DNA from: Nitrospirota bacterium
GTDB taxonomy: Bacteria; Nitrospirota; UBA9217
Assembly: GCA_963845065.1 (NCBI GenBank)
Contig: CAWJQQ010000010.1
Coordinates: 1-25,322, forward strand
DNA length: 25,322 nucleotides
Reading direction: 5' to 3'
Position numbers and translations under genes: made by a program. Positions 16,506 through 25,322 of the stretch are shown here, piece after piece. How positions within the stretch are numbered: position 1 is the first letter of the stretch; each line of letters begins with the position of its first letter. The notes under the pieces were generated by a model, which did not search any database, was not told the DNA's origin, and saw only the letters and a program-made list of their open reading frames with translations.

Positions 16506-19500
16506 ATGGGGATTTCGAGACGTGATTTTCTCAAGATTTCCGGCAGCACGGTTTTGCTCGGCTCGATGGATGTAAATCTTAATCCTGCCAAGGCCTACGC
16601 ACAAGGATTGCGTATCAAAGGCGCCAAAGAGACGCATACGATCTGTCCATTCTGTTCTGTCGGGTGTGGCATCATTGTCGACACGATAGACGGAAAGGTT
16701 GTGAACACCGAAGGCGATCCTGAACATCCTATCAGTGAAGGGACACTCTGTTCTAAAGGAGCATCGTTATTTGAAATAGTGAACAATCCTCTCAGATTGG
16801 CGAAACCAAAGTATCGCGCTGCGGGCGCGACGGAGTGGAAAGACGTGGAATGGGACTGGGCCCTCGACGAGATTGCAAAGCGGGTCAAGGATACACGGGA
16901 TAGGACCTTCAAGCTGACATCTAGGTCAAAAATAAAAGAAAAGCAGGCGGACGGCGTTGAAAAGACTGTCGAAAAGGAATTCGTCGTGAACAGGACCGAT
17001 GGCATCGCCCATGTCGGAAGCGCGGCCCTGGACAACGAAGAGTGTTACATGCTTCAAAAACTTGTCCGTTCCTGGGGCCTGGTGTATATAGAACACCAGG
17101 CGCGCATTTGACACTCCGCTACTGTAGCGGCTCTGGGAGAGTCGCTTGGACGCGGTGCAATGACGAATCACTGGATCGATATCCGCAATGCTGACGTGAT
17201 CCTTGTTATGGGGAGCAATCCGGCGGAGAATCATCCGATCTCGATGAAATGGGTCAGTAAGGCGCGTGAACAGCGGGGAGCAAAACTCATCGTCGTTGAT
17301 CCGCGCTTCACAAGAACAGCGGCCAAGGCCGATCTCTACGCGCCCATGCGCTCAGGTACAGATATCGCCTTCCTCGGCGGCATGATCAAGTATATTCTGA
17401 ACAACAACTTATACTTCAAGGAGTATGTCGCTAATTATACGAATGCTTCATTTCTGGTAAATCCGGAATTCAAAGGGCCCGAAGAACTGAACGGATTGTT
17501 CTCGGGATACGATGAAACGAACCGGAAGTACGACAAGAAAACCTGGGCCTTCCAATATGACGAAAACGGTCTCCCCAAAAAGGATTTGACGCTCAAAGAC
17601 GCTCACTGTGTATTTCAGCTCTTAAAAAAACAGTACGACCGCTATACTCTCGAAAAAGTATCAAACATCACAGGGACCCCCAAGGAAAAACTACTTGAGG
17701 TCTATCAGCTTTTCGCGTCGACCGGCAAACCGAACAGGGTAGGCACGGAAATGTACGCTATGGGCTGGACTCAGCATACGATCGGCACCCAGAACATCCG
17801 GGCCATGTGCATCATTCAGCTCCTTCTCGGAAATGTTGGCATGGCAGGCGGCGGTATCAATGCTCTGCGGGGAGAATCCAACGTCCAGGGTTCGACAGAC
17901 CACGGACTGCTGTTCAACAGCCTTCCCGGATATCTGCCGGTTCCGACAGCCTCCCTCACGACCCTTGGCGCGTACATTGAGAAGTTTACGACAAAAACTA
18001 AGGACCCGCGGAGCGTGAACTGGTGGAGCAACCGGAATAAGTACATCACGAGCTATTTGAAGGCCATTTATGGACCATCGGCAAAGAAGGATAATGATTT
18101 CAGATACGCTTGGCTGCCGAAACTGGATGAAGGCATGAATGCCTCATGGCTGATCCTGTTCGATAAGATGCTCAAGGGTCAGTTCGAGGGGTTCTTTGCC
18201 TGGGGCCAGAACCCGGCCTGCTCGGGCTCCAATGCGGGCAAGGTAAGGAAAGCGCTTACCAAACTCAAGTGGATGGTCAATGTCAACCTTTTTGACAACG
18301 AGACCGGATCGTTCTGGAAAGGGCCGGGCATCAACCCGAAGGATATACAGACCGAAGTGTTTCTCCTCCCCTGCGTATCTTCCGTGGAAAAGGAAGGGAG
18401 CATCACGAACTCGGGTCGTTGGGCCCAATGGCGGTCCAAAGCTATCGAACCCATCGGGCAGGCCCTGCCCGATTCCGAGATTATGAATGAACTTTATTTC
18501 CGTGTGAAAAACCTGTACCGAAAACAAGGCGGAAATTTTCCTGCACCGGTCGTCAATCTTACTTGGGAGTATGGCGAAAAGGATGCCTCCGGAAAGGTGA
18601 AAAAAGTTGACATCCATACCGTGGCAAAGGAGATTAACGGATACAACATTGTGGACGTCTATGATAAAAATGCAAAACCTCCGACGCTCATCGGTAAAAA
18701 AGGTGAGCTTTGTGCAACTTTCGGGAACCTCCAGGCTGACGGATCTACGTCGAGTGGCAATTGGCTTTATTGCCAGAGTTATATCAACAAGGACGGCAAG
18801 ACCGTGAACATGATGGCCCGGAGGGGCAAGAATGACCCAACGGGCCTCGGCATGTACCCCGAATGGAGTTGGTGTTGGCCCGTAAACCGCAGGATCATTT
18901 ATAATCGCGCCTCCGTCGACCTTAAGGGAGCCCCCTGGGATTCTAGGCGCGCGGTTATCAAATGGGATAAGGCCAAGCTCGACCCGAAAACGCACAAACC
19001 GGGTGTCTGGGAAGGCGATACGCCGGACGGCCCGGCTCCGCCCATGGATGACACAGGCAAGTATCCATTTATCATGAAACCCGACGGCGTGGCGTCAGTT
19101 TTCGGTCCCGGACTGGCCGATGGCCCCTTCCCCGAACATTATGAGGCGCTTGAATGCCCGCTGGAAGAAAACATGATGTCACGCCAGCGAATCAATCCTA
19201 CGATCAAGCTCTCCGGGGAAAAGGAGGATGTTTTCTTCTCCTGCGACGTCCGATATCCTTTCGTCGCGACTACATACCGTGTTTCGGAACACTGGCAGAC
19301 CGGCGTGCTAACCCGTCACCTGCCGTGGCAACTCGAGCTGCAACCTCAAATGTTCCTTGAAATGAGCGAGGAACTTGCCAAGGAAAAGAGCATCAAAGAA
19401 GGCGACAAGGTCATCGTCTCATCAGGGCGAGGTGAGATCTGGGCTATTGCTGTTGTGACCAACAGGCTCAAGCCCTTCAAGATCGGCGGCTCCACTGTCC

Positions 19501-19652
19501 ATCAGGTGGGAATGCCCTGGCACTTCGGCTGGCAATTCCCAGTAGATGGCAGCGGAGGCGACAGTGCCAACCTGCTCACTCCATCGGTTGGCGACGCAAA
19601 TACGATGATTCCCGAGACAAAGGCCTTCATGGTCAATGTCCGGAAGGCTTAG
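16506..19652 (+). CDS. fdnG: Formate dehydrogenase-N alpha subunit, selenocysteine-containing (1048 aa, Sec202)
   Basis: Tat signal SRRDFLK, CPFCSVGC...C cluster, and HQARI-UGA-HSATVAAL...GRGAMTNHW in frame across TGA 17109-17111. Molybdopterin-binding C-terminus. Confidence 0.96.
17126..17146 (+). promoter_or_regulatory. Bacterial SECIS stem-loop
   Basis: AGCGGCTCT-GGG-AGAGTCGCT hairpin with a G-rich loop starting 14 nt after the UGA. Confidence 0.75.
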
Positions 19653-19662
19653 GGGGTGGACC

Positions 19663-20439
19663 ATGGAAAATATGACTACAAACAGAAAGGCAATACTCGT
19701 TACCCCCGAGATCTGCATTGGGTGCCGGGGCTGCCAGACAGCATGCAAATCCTGGAACCAGCTTCCCGGCCAAAAGACTAAGAACACCGGGACTATGCAG
19801 AACCCGCCGGACCTCACACCCGTCGCGTACAACATGATTCGCTACAGCGAGGTTCCCTCGGACGTGAATCCCGTGCGTTGGCTTTTCGTGAGCCGGAGGT
19901 GCATGCACTGTGATGATGCGGGCTGTATGAAAATTTGTCCGGCACCGGGCGCCCTCTACCGCACGAAAGAAGGTGCAGTCGCTTTCGACAAGGACAAATG
20001 TATCGGCTGCAAGCTTTGCGTTGCCGCCTGCCCGTTTGACGTCCCTCGCTACGATTCCGCGGGTAAAATAGCAAAATGCCATCTCTGCTACGACCGGATC
20101 GCCGAAGGCCTGCAACCTGCCTGCACTAAAACCTGCCCTTCGGGCGCCCTCCGATTCGGCAATCGCAACGAGCTAATTGCACAGGCGAAGCAGGCCGGTT
20201 ACGTCAAGATTTACGGTGAAGCCGATTTAGGAGGACTAGGCTCGATTTTCGCCTTCAAGGACGCTCCTAAGCTCTATGGCTACGCTGACAAACCGAACAT
20301 TCCCGAGAGCGTCATCTTCTGGCACAACGTGCTGAAACCATTGGCTTTGATCGGCCTCGGAGGCGCCATAGCTGGAGCGCTACTGCACTACGTGGCTATA
20401 GGGCCCCATAAGGATGACGAGGAGGTGAAAAAATCATGA
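19663..20439 (+). CDS. fdnH: Formate dehydrogenase iron-sulfur (beta) subunit
   Basis: Four 4Fe-4S motifs (CIGCRGCQTAC, CMHC, CIGCKLCVAAC, CHLC) and a C-terminal TM anchor. Confidence 0.93.
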   Translation: MENMTTNRKAILVTPEICIGCRGCQTACKSWNQLPGQKTKNTGTMQNPPDLTPVAYNMIRYSEVPSDVNPVRWLFVSRRCMHCDDAGCMKICPAPGALYRTKEGAVAFDKDKCIGCKLCVAACPFDVPRYDSAGKIAKCHLCYDRIAEGLQPACTKTCPSGALRFGNRNELIAQAKQAGYVKIYGEADLGGLGSIFAFKDAPKLYGYADKPNIPESVIFWHNVLKPLALIGLGGAIAGALLHYVAIGPHKDDEEVKKS

Positions 20440-21044
20440 GTGAGACGGTGAAAAAATATAGTACGGAAGAAATCATCAATCACTGGATATTGACCGTGAG
20501 CTGCATCCTCCTGATCATTACCGGCTACGGCTTTCTGTTTCAGATAAAGCAGGTGTACGCGCTATTCGGCACCAATTACGCAATGAAGGTCGTGCACAAC
20601 TGGACCGGCATCGTGTTCTCGATATCCCTCTTCGGCACGCTGTTCAGCTACCTTCACGAAGCGCTCAGTATGGATAGCAACGACTGGAACTGGATCAAAA
20701 TGGGCGGCGGATATCTAACCAAAAAAGTCGTGGCAGTACCGCCTATGGGAAAACTGAACACAGGCCAGAAGCTTTACTACCTTGCGATCTTGATCGGCGG
20801 CCTTGGCATCGCAGCGTCTGGTTTTGCCATGTGGCTTGTACCAGGCATCAGAACACTTACGCTCGTATCTCATTTTATTCACAACCTATGCTTCATCCTG
20901 TTCGTGGTCGCAGTACCAGCCCATATTTATCTCGGCACGCTCGCGAACCCGGGTTTGCTTAGGCTCATGATATCAGGTACGGTCCCGCTCGAAGTGGCCA
21001 AGAGGCGGTACCCGAAGTGGATGAAAGAGATCGGCAAACTGTAA
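20436..21044 (+). CDS. fdnI: Formate dehydrogenase cytochrome b (gamma) subunit
   Basis: INHW, VHNW, GKLNTGQK, HFIH, AHIY heme-ligand histidines; four TM helices. Confidence 0.92.
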   Translation: MSETVKKYSTEEIINHWILTVSCILLIITGYGFLFQIKQVYALFGTNYAMKVVHNWTGIVFSISLFGTLFSYLHEALSMDSNDWNWIKMGGGYLTKKVVAVPPMGKLNTGQKLYYLAILIGGLGIAASGFAMWLVPGIRTLTLVSHFIHNLCFILFVVAVPAHIYLGTLANPGLLRLMISGTVPLEVAKRRYPKWMKEIGKL

Positions 21045-21066
21045 TTTAACCGGCCAATCACAAATG

Positions 21067-21101
21067 AAAACCCCGCTTTGTTGCAAAAAGTGGGGTTTTT
21101 T
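21067..21101. terminator. Bidirectional intrinsic terminator
   Basis: AAAACCCCGCTTT...AAAGTGGGGTTTTTT between the convergent fdnI and glycosyltransferase genes. Confidence 0.8.
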
Positions 21102-21158
21102 ATTTCCAGTCGCTTATAAAAGTTGACGCCTTCAAAAGCAGCGGTTGTTAATCGGAAT

Positions 21159-22289
21159 CTAAGCCAACTCCGTTTTTTTCGAGATCTTGTCTTTCAGGAT
21201 GCCCTGATAATATTTATAATGCTGTTCACCCATCGCGTCAATACTGAAATGCTTTTCCACTGCCGCCCTTCCCGCGAGTCCCAACGATTTTCGTAATTCG
21301 TTGTCGGAAATAACCGTGAAGATTTTTTCAGCCATTTCCTCGGGTCCCCCATCTACAAGGACGCCACCACCCCGCTCCAGAATTTCTACGGGCCCTCCCG
21401 AATTATATGCCACAAGGGGTGTGCACGAAGCAAGTGATTCGATATGCACGATGCCGAAAGGTTCGTCGCGATTCGTCGTAACGGATATGTCGAGATCATA
21501 CAGTATATCTGGTATAAGGCTCCTATCAACTCTGCCAGTAAAAAGGAAGTTTTCCGCCAATCCCAAGCGGTTGATTTTTTCCTGCAGAGATTTGATTTCG
21601 TCGTCATTACCTCTACCGACAAACGCGATGGTAAAATCCTTCCTTTTTTTCTTTAAATGATATGCTGCGTCAATCAACTCAGTCTGATTTTTCCTCATTT
21701 CACCTATCATGCCGATTAAGGGGAAGTTTTTACCCTTGAAAAACTTACGCTCCCGGTCTGGGTTGAGCTTCTCAGAGATATCAACAGCATGCACATTTAT
21801 TCCATGATATATGATTGCTGATTTAGCTTCTGCCCCTCTATTGTTCGGAAGATAACCCTTCTTCATAAACAAGGTTGGGAACATTATTCCATCTAACATC
21901 CCTAGTATATAGTACCGCTGCCAACCGGGATTGTGAAAAACAGCGACGATTTTCGGCTTTTTCCTTGAAAATAATCCTACGCACTTGGCTATGAAAAAAA
22001 TACGGATGATGTCTTTTTCCCTATTAATAGAAATAATGTCGGGAGAAAAATCGCGAATAGCTTTTGCAACCTGAAAAAATGAAAGAATTTTATGGAACCC
22101 TGTCCAGGAGAGTGGGTAGACGTTTTGCCTATTATGTAATATCTGTCGGTGGAAAAACGTGTCTTTTCTGACTGCCAGAGCAGTCTGGACACCATGCCCT
22201 TCCATCCATGTCGTGATGTCAAGCAAATGATATTCCATCCCGCCAATGCCGATAAAATTCGACGCATTACACACATACAATATTTTCAA
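21159..22289 (-). CDS. Glycosyltransferase family 4
   Basis: MKILYV...GGMEYH, IIYHGI, DEPFGIVHIES..S.TPLVAY..GGP.EI (EX7E motif). Confidence 0.92.
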   Translation of the reverse strand: MKILYVCNASNFIGIGGMEYHLLDITTWMEGHGVQTALAVRKDTFFHRQILHNRQNVYPLSWTGFHKILSFFQVAKAIRDFSPDIISINREKDIIRIFFIAKCVGLFSRKKPKIVAVFHNPGWQRYYILGMLDGIMFPTLFMKKGYLPNNRGAEAKSAIIYHGINVHAVDISEKLNPDRERKFFKGKNFPLIGMIGEMRKNQTELIDAAYHLKKKRKDFTIAFVGRGNDDEIKSLQEKINRLGLAENFLFTGRVDRSLIPDILYDLDISVTTNRDEPFGIVHIESLASCTPLVAYNSGGPVEILERGGGVLVDGGPEEMAEKIFTVISDNELRKSLGLAGRAAVEKHFSIDAMGEQHYKYYQGILKDKISKKTELA

Positions 22290-22406
22290 TGTGAGATTCT
22301 CCTAGATTGCTAAGGTCGTAAGTGGTTTGTTGGAAGTCTTTCTAAGGGATGGTGTAACGTTATTGTACTGTGAAAAGTAAAGAAAACGTTCATTATGAAT
22401 CTCATG

Positions 22407-22451
22407 AAAAAAAATGACACGAAGAGGATAAGAGTATCATTCGTGTCATTT
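22407..22451 (-). terminator. Probable htpX terminator
   Basis: AAATGACACGAA/TTCGTGTCATTT inverted repeat followed by a U-tract on the minus strand. Confidence 0.6.
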
Positions 22452-22540
22452 GAAAAAGCCTGCGCTTAACCACAACATTGTTAATTCACGTTGATGGTGA
22501 CCGACGGCAGAATAATATTGTAAACGGCATCATCATCTGA

Positions 22541-23392
22541 CTATCGTCCCCGTGCCATCTCATTTAACCGTTTTACTCGCTCGGCAATCGGAGGGTGAGT
22601 ACTGAAGAGGGTCATCAGACCTCCCCCCGTAAGCGGGTTAACGATGAACATGTGTGCCGTGGCAGGTTTTGCGTCTTCCATGGGAACGATCTTTGAGCCC
22701 TTTTCCAGCTTCAGAAGCGCATTGGCAAGCCATGTGGGGTTGCCGCACAAGCTAGCACCACCTTTATCTGCATCGTATTCGCGCGTGCGGGAAATGGCCA
22801 TCTGCACGAGCATGGCTGCAATGGGTGCTACAATCATCATGGCGATAGCCACGATTGGGCTGCCACCCTCATCATCGTTCCGTCTGCCTCCTCCGAAAAT
22901 CATTGCCCACTGAGCCATCTGGGCAAGCATGCTGATTGCGCCTGCCATCGTCGCTACAATGGTGCCCGTAAGCATGTCGCGGTGTTTGATATGGGACAGT
23001 TCGTGGGCTATAACTCCGCTCAGTTCCTCACGGGTCAGGATGCGCATTATTCCCTGCGTTACGGCCACGACGGCGTGTTCGGGGTTCCTGCCTGTGGCAA
23101 AAGCGTTTGGAGCCTCCTCCGGGATGATATATACTTTGGGCATCGGCATTCCTGCCTTCTGGACCAGGGTACGTATGATTGTATGAAGTTCAGGTGCCTC
23201 GGCTTCGGTTACGGGCTGGGCATGGTACATTCTAAGCACGAGTTTGTCGCTAAACCAGTACATACCGACGTTCATGATTGAGGCGAAAAGGATGGCCATC
23301 ATCATTCCGCTTCTGCCACCGAGCGCCCCGCCGATGGCCACGAATAGAACCATCATAAATGTCATCAAACCTACTGTCTTTACTGTGTTCAT
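22541..23392 (-). CDS. htpX: Zinc metalloprotease HtpX
   Basis: [35 protein letters not shown]. Confidence 0.96.
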   Translation of the reverse strand: MNTVKTVGLMTFMMVLFVAIGGALGGRSGMMMAILFASIMNVGMYWFSDKLVLRMYHAQPVTEAEAPELHTIIRTLVQKAGMPMPKVYIIPEEAPNAFATGRNPEHAVVAVTQGIMRILTREELSGVIAHELSHIKHRDMLTGTIVATMAGAISMLAQMAQWAMIFGGGRRNDDEGGSPIVAIAMMIVAPIAAMLVQMAISRTREYDADKGGASLCGNPTWLANALLKLEKGSKIVPMEDAKPATAHMFIVNPLTGGGLMTLFSTHPPIAERVKRLNEMARGR

Positions 23393-23485
23393 AGACCTCC
23401 TTAATCACTACCATCTCATTGTTTTATCAACAATATCAAATTACCACAGTAGCGTTGTTTCGTCAAGTGCAGGAATACTTTTATG

Positions 23486-23514
23486 TTGACAAGGATAGAC
23501 CACTTTGTTATATT
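23486..23514 (+). promoter_or_regulatory. Sigma70 promoter of tRNA-Gly
   Basis: TTGACA-17-TATATT with an extended -10 TG. Confidence 0.7.
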
Positions 23515-23552
23515 TGCAAAGCTTGAAAGGGTGCAAACTGCGTAATACTCAT

Positions 23553-23628
23553 GCGGGTGTAGCTCAGCTGGTAGAGCACAACCTTGCCAAGGTTGGGGTC
23601 ACGAGTTCGAATCTCGCCACCCGCTCCA
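23553..23628 (+). tRNA. tRNA-Gly (GCC)
   Basis: GCGGGTG/CACCCGC acceptor stem, CAACC-TTGCCAA-GGTTG anticodon arm, TTCGAAT loop, encoded CCA; 76 nt. Confidence 0.97.
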
Positions 23629-23645
23629 TTTAAGGCATGAAAGCA

Positions 23646-23687
23646 AGGGGTTAGCTAACACCAGTTAACTCCTGTTCTATTTTTTTT
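23646..23687 (+). terminator. tRNA terminator
   Basis: AGGGGTTAGCT-N6-AGTTAACTCCT hairpin followed shortly by a T-run. Confidence 0.6.
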
Positions 23688-24332
23688 GTCAATGTGTGTC
23701 AGTAGCGGTGCAGTTCATTTCGTCCGCGTTAAAAAATCAGCATTCCGAAAAAATAACCCCTTCCCTATTTTCTTTGAAATATTCAAGAAATCCGCAACTT
23801 TTTTCCCCTTCGATGTAGTCGATTTTGCTTAAATCGTCTGTTCACTTTCCGAGAACTGTTGTGGTCGGTCTCAAAACTGGAAAAGCCGAATCAGAATCCA
23901 TAAGCATCAGGCATGACAGAGCAAGCATGGCTTATAGGTCATCATGATGGCCGCTGTATTCCCGTTTGGTCAAAATATTCTAACGTAATTTTTTTTTAGA
24001 CACTGTTCCTCAGATGTTAACGAATTCAGGTTCGTCGAGTAGACATATCCTATATCTTACGTAGGTTTTGGTTTGTGTTCACTGTTTCTTCTCCCTCTCA
24101 TATGAGGAGTGTCACATTATTCGACCATATGAAGCATATTAATGCCCCTCACAGAACCACTTGAAACATGCAACGTTCAGCTGGTTGGATCACCCAAAGC
24201 AATAAGACAGATACTTTGCCGTCGAAAAGCATGCAAAACGGATAAGTTTGATATTTTAACCAAACCGGGTAGGGTTTACGTATTTTAGAATTTAGATATC
24301 GTGATAAGCTGTGAAGGGATTTGAATCAATGA

Positions 24333-24521
24333 TTACTTTGCCGGGTCAATTCCTAGATCTTTACATATCTTATTTGCAAGAATATCGCTGATTTCACGAT
24401 GACGAGGTACCGCTGAACGCTTATTGAGACCCTGGTTTATCCACCATGAGTGTCTGCCGCCTTCCCGCAGCAACTCGCACCCATGCGAGCGCAGGTGCCT
24501 TAGCAGGTTATCTCTCCTCAT
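24333..24521 (-). CDS. hicA: HicA-family toxin
   Basis: LLREGGRHSWW...VPRHREI....ANKICKDLGI. Confidence 0.92.
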   Translation of the reverse strand: MRRDNLLRHLRSHGCELLREGGRHSWWINQGLNKRSAVPRHREISDILANKICKDLGIDPAK

Positions 24522-24730
24522 ACTGCAATTGTTTCTTCAAGGTAACCGGCCCCGGCAGCCGCAAGCGCCTCCTGTTTGTTCAATTCCAGAGCTTCTTTTA
24601 GCGTTACTCTGAGACTCTCCATTAGATCATCTCTGGTATGTTCCTGGCAATTCACGCCGGTGAGCTCCTCGATCCATCCGATCCACCACTCGCCATCCTG
24701 CTTCACGATAGCTGTAAATTCGCTCCGCAT
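24518..24730 (-). CDS. hicB: HicB-family antitoxin (short)
   Basis: FTAIVKQDGEWWIGWIEELTGVNCQEHTRDDLMESLR. RBS GAGGTGG. ATGA overlap with hicA. Confidence 0.9.
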   Translation of the reverse strand: MRSEFTAIVKQDGEWWIGWIEELTGVNCQEHTRDDLMESLRVTLKEALELNKQEALAAAGAGYLEETIAV

Positions 24731-25117
24731 TCGCGCCACCTCTTTGCAAATATTTTCAGCATCCTACTATTTATAGATTATTACAATCATCCGTAAAACG
24801 CAAGAGGTAACTTCACGAGCCTATAATCGGCTAAGCGGGTTGATCCGGTAAAAAACGCATCGAGGGCGTTAATACCTGACAAGTATTTTATCCTGACCAT
24901 GACACATTTTTATCAAAAAACGCAGTGAAAACCACTAGCGTAAGCCCGTGGGTATTGCGAAGGATAGTAATTTCAACAGATACAGAAAGGATATTGCACT
25001 GCAAGCTACAGCCAGTATCCGTCACTTCTCTAGTGATCTCGATAATCCTCAACTACACCTACAAGCTTGCACCGGCATTGACTAAAAATCAATGCAGAAT
25101 ACTGTGTGAAAAGTGCA

Positions 25118-25178
25118 TATGAATGATGAAGCTCAGCGGCCTGTCATCGGCTGTGTCCGCAGCAGCGATTGGTTGGGC
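25118..25178 (-). other. attC-like site (degenerate)
   Basis: GCCCAAC-CAATC-GCTGCTGCGGAC...GGCCGCTGAGC-TTCATC-ATTCATA, 61 bp. R' has ATT instead of GTT. Confidence 0.65.
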
Positions 25179-25192
25179 AGAGTTCCAAACGG

Positions 25193-25322
25193 TTATCGAT
25201 CAAGATGTTTGATTTGACCGCACCTTGGAAACATGGCGAGAACGGATTGGTCGCTATCATCTTCGGTGCATGGGCCGCCTTTAATTTCAATATATTGTCC
25301 GCCAACATTTTCCATGAATTTT
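25193..25322 (-). CDS. 3' end of a possible cassette ORF entering from the right edge
   Basis: Open frame ...FMENVGGQYIEIKGGPCTEDD...KHLDR* stops 14 nt before the attC-like site. Partial, unknown function. Confidence 0.3.
   Translation of the reverse strand, partial: KFMENVGGQYIEIKGGPCTEDDSDQSVLAMFPRCGQIKHLDR

Noticed and set aside
16506..17111. fdnG as two genes or a pseudogene
   Set aside because: The TGA is at the conserved Sec position, in frame, and followed by a SECIS-like hairpin.
18144..18995. 283-aa antisense ORF and other short shadow ORFs
   Set aside because: They overlap well-supported genes on the opposite strand or frame and show no recognisable motifs.
24817..24878. Possible third attC upstream of hicB
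   Set aside because: TATTAAC and GCTTAGC elements are present on the minus strand, but the L boxes do not pair and R' is too degenerate.
24925..25122. 65-aa ORF
   Set aside because: GTG start with no RBS and no recognisable motif; opposite to the attC-like orientation.

Overview
Bacterial window, probably from an anaerobic Desulfobacterota/Nitrospirota-like organism (inferred from gene content only). Bases 1-7700 are a nested mobile-element stack. Two Tn5053/Tn7-like transposon ends (TGT-N3 plus repeated 19-bp sites) sit 17 bp apart. They define a transposase-less element (264-7025, near-perfect 5-bp target duplication) carrying a Cys-rich 458-aa orphan and a vapBC pair. One end of that element is split by an IS21-derived element (3441-6948, perfect 8-bp duplication). 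This IS21 derivative carries a Phd-PIN toxin-antitoxin (TA) pair and a frameshifted IS605/IS1341-type tnpB element. A decayed PIN/antitoxin cassette with an attC-like site follows. The core region holds moxR-DUF58-transglutaminase (with a candidate -1 frameshift joining MoxR to DUF58), hsp20-lon (frameshifted)-lipA, a selenocysteine formate dehydrogenase-N operon behind a duplicated promoter, a GT4 glycosyltransferase, htpX and tRNA-Gly(GCC). Beyond the tRNA lies another accessory region with hicAB and a second attC-like site.
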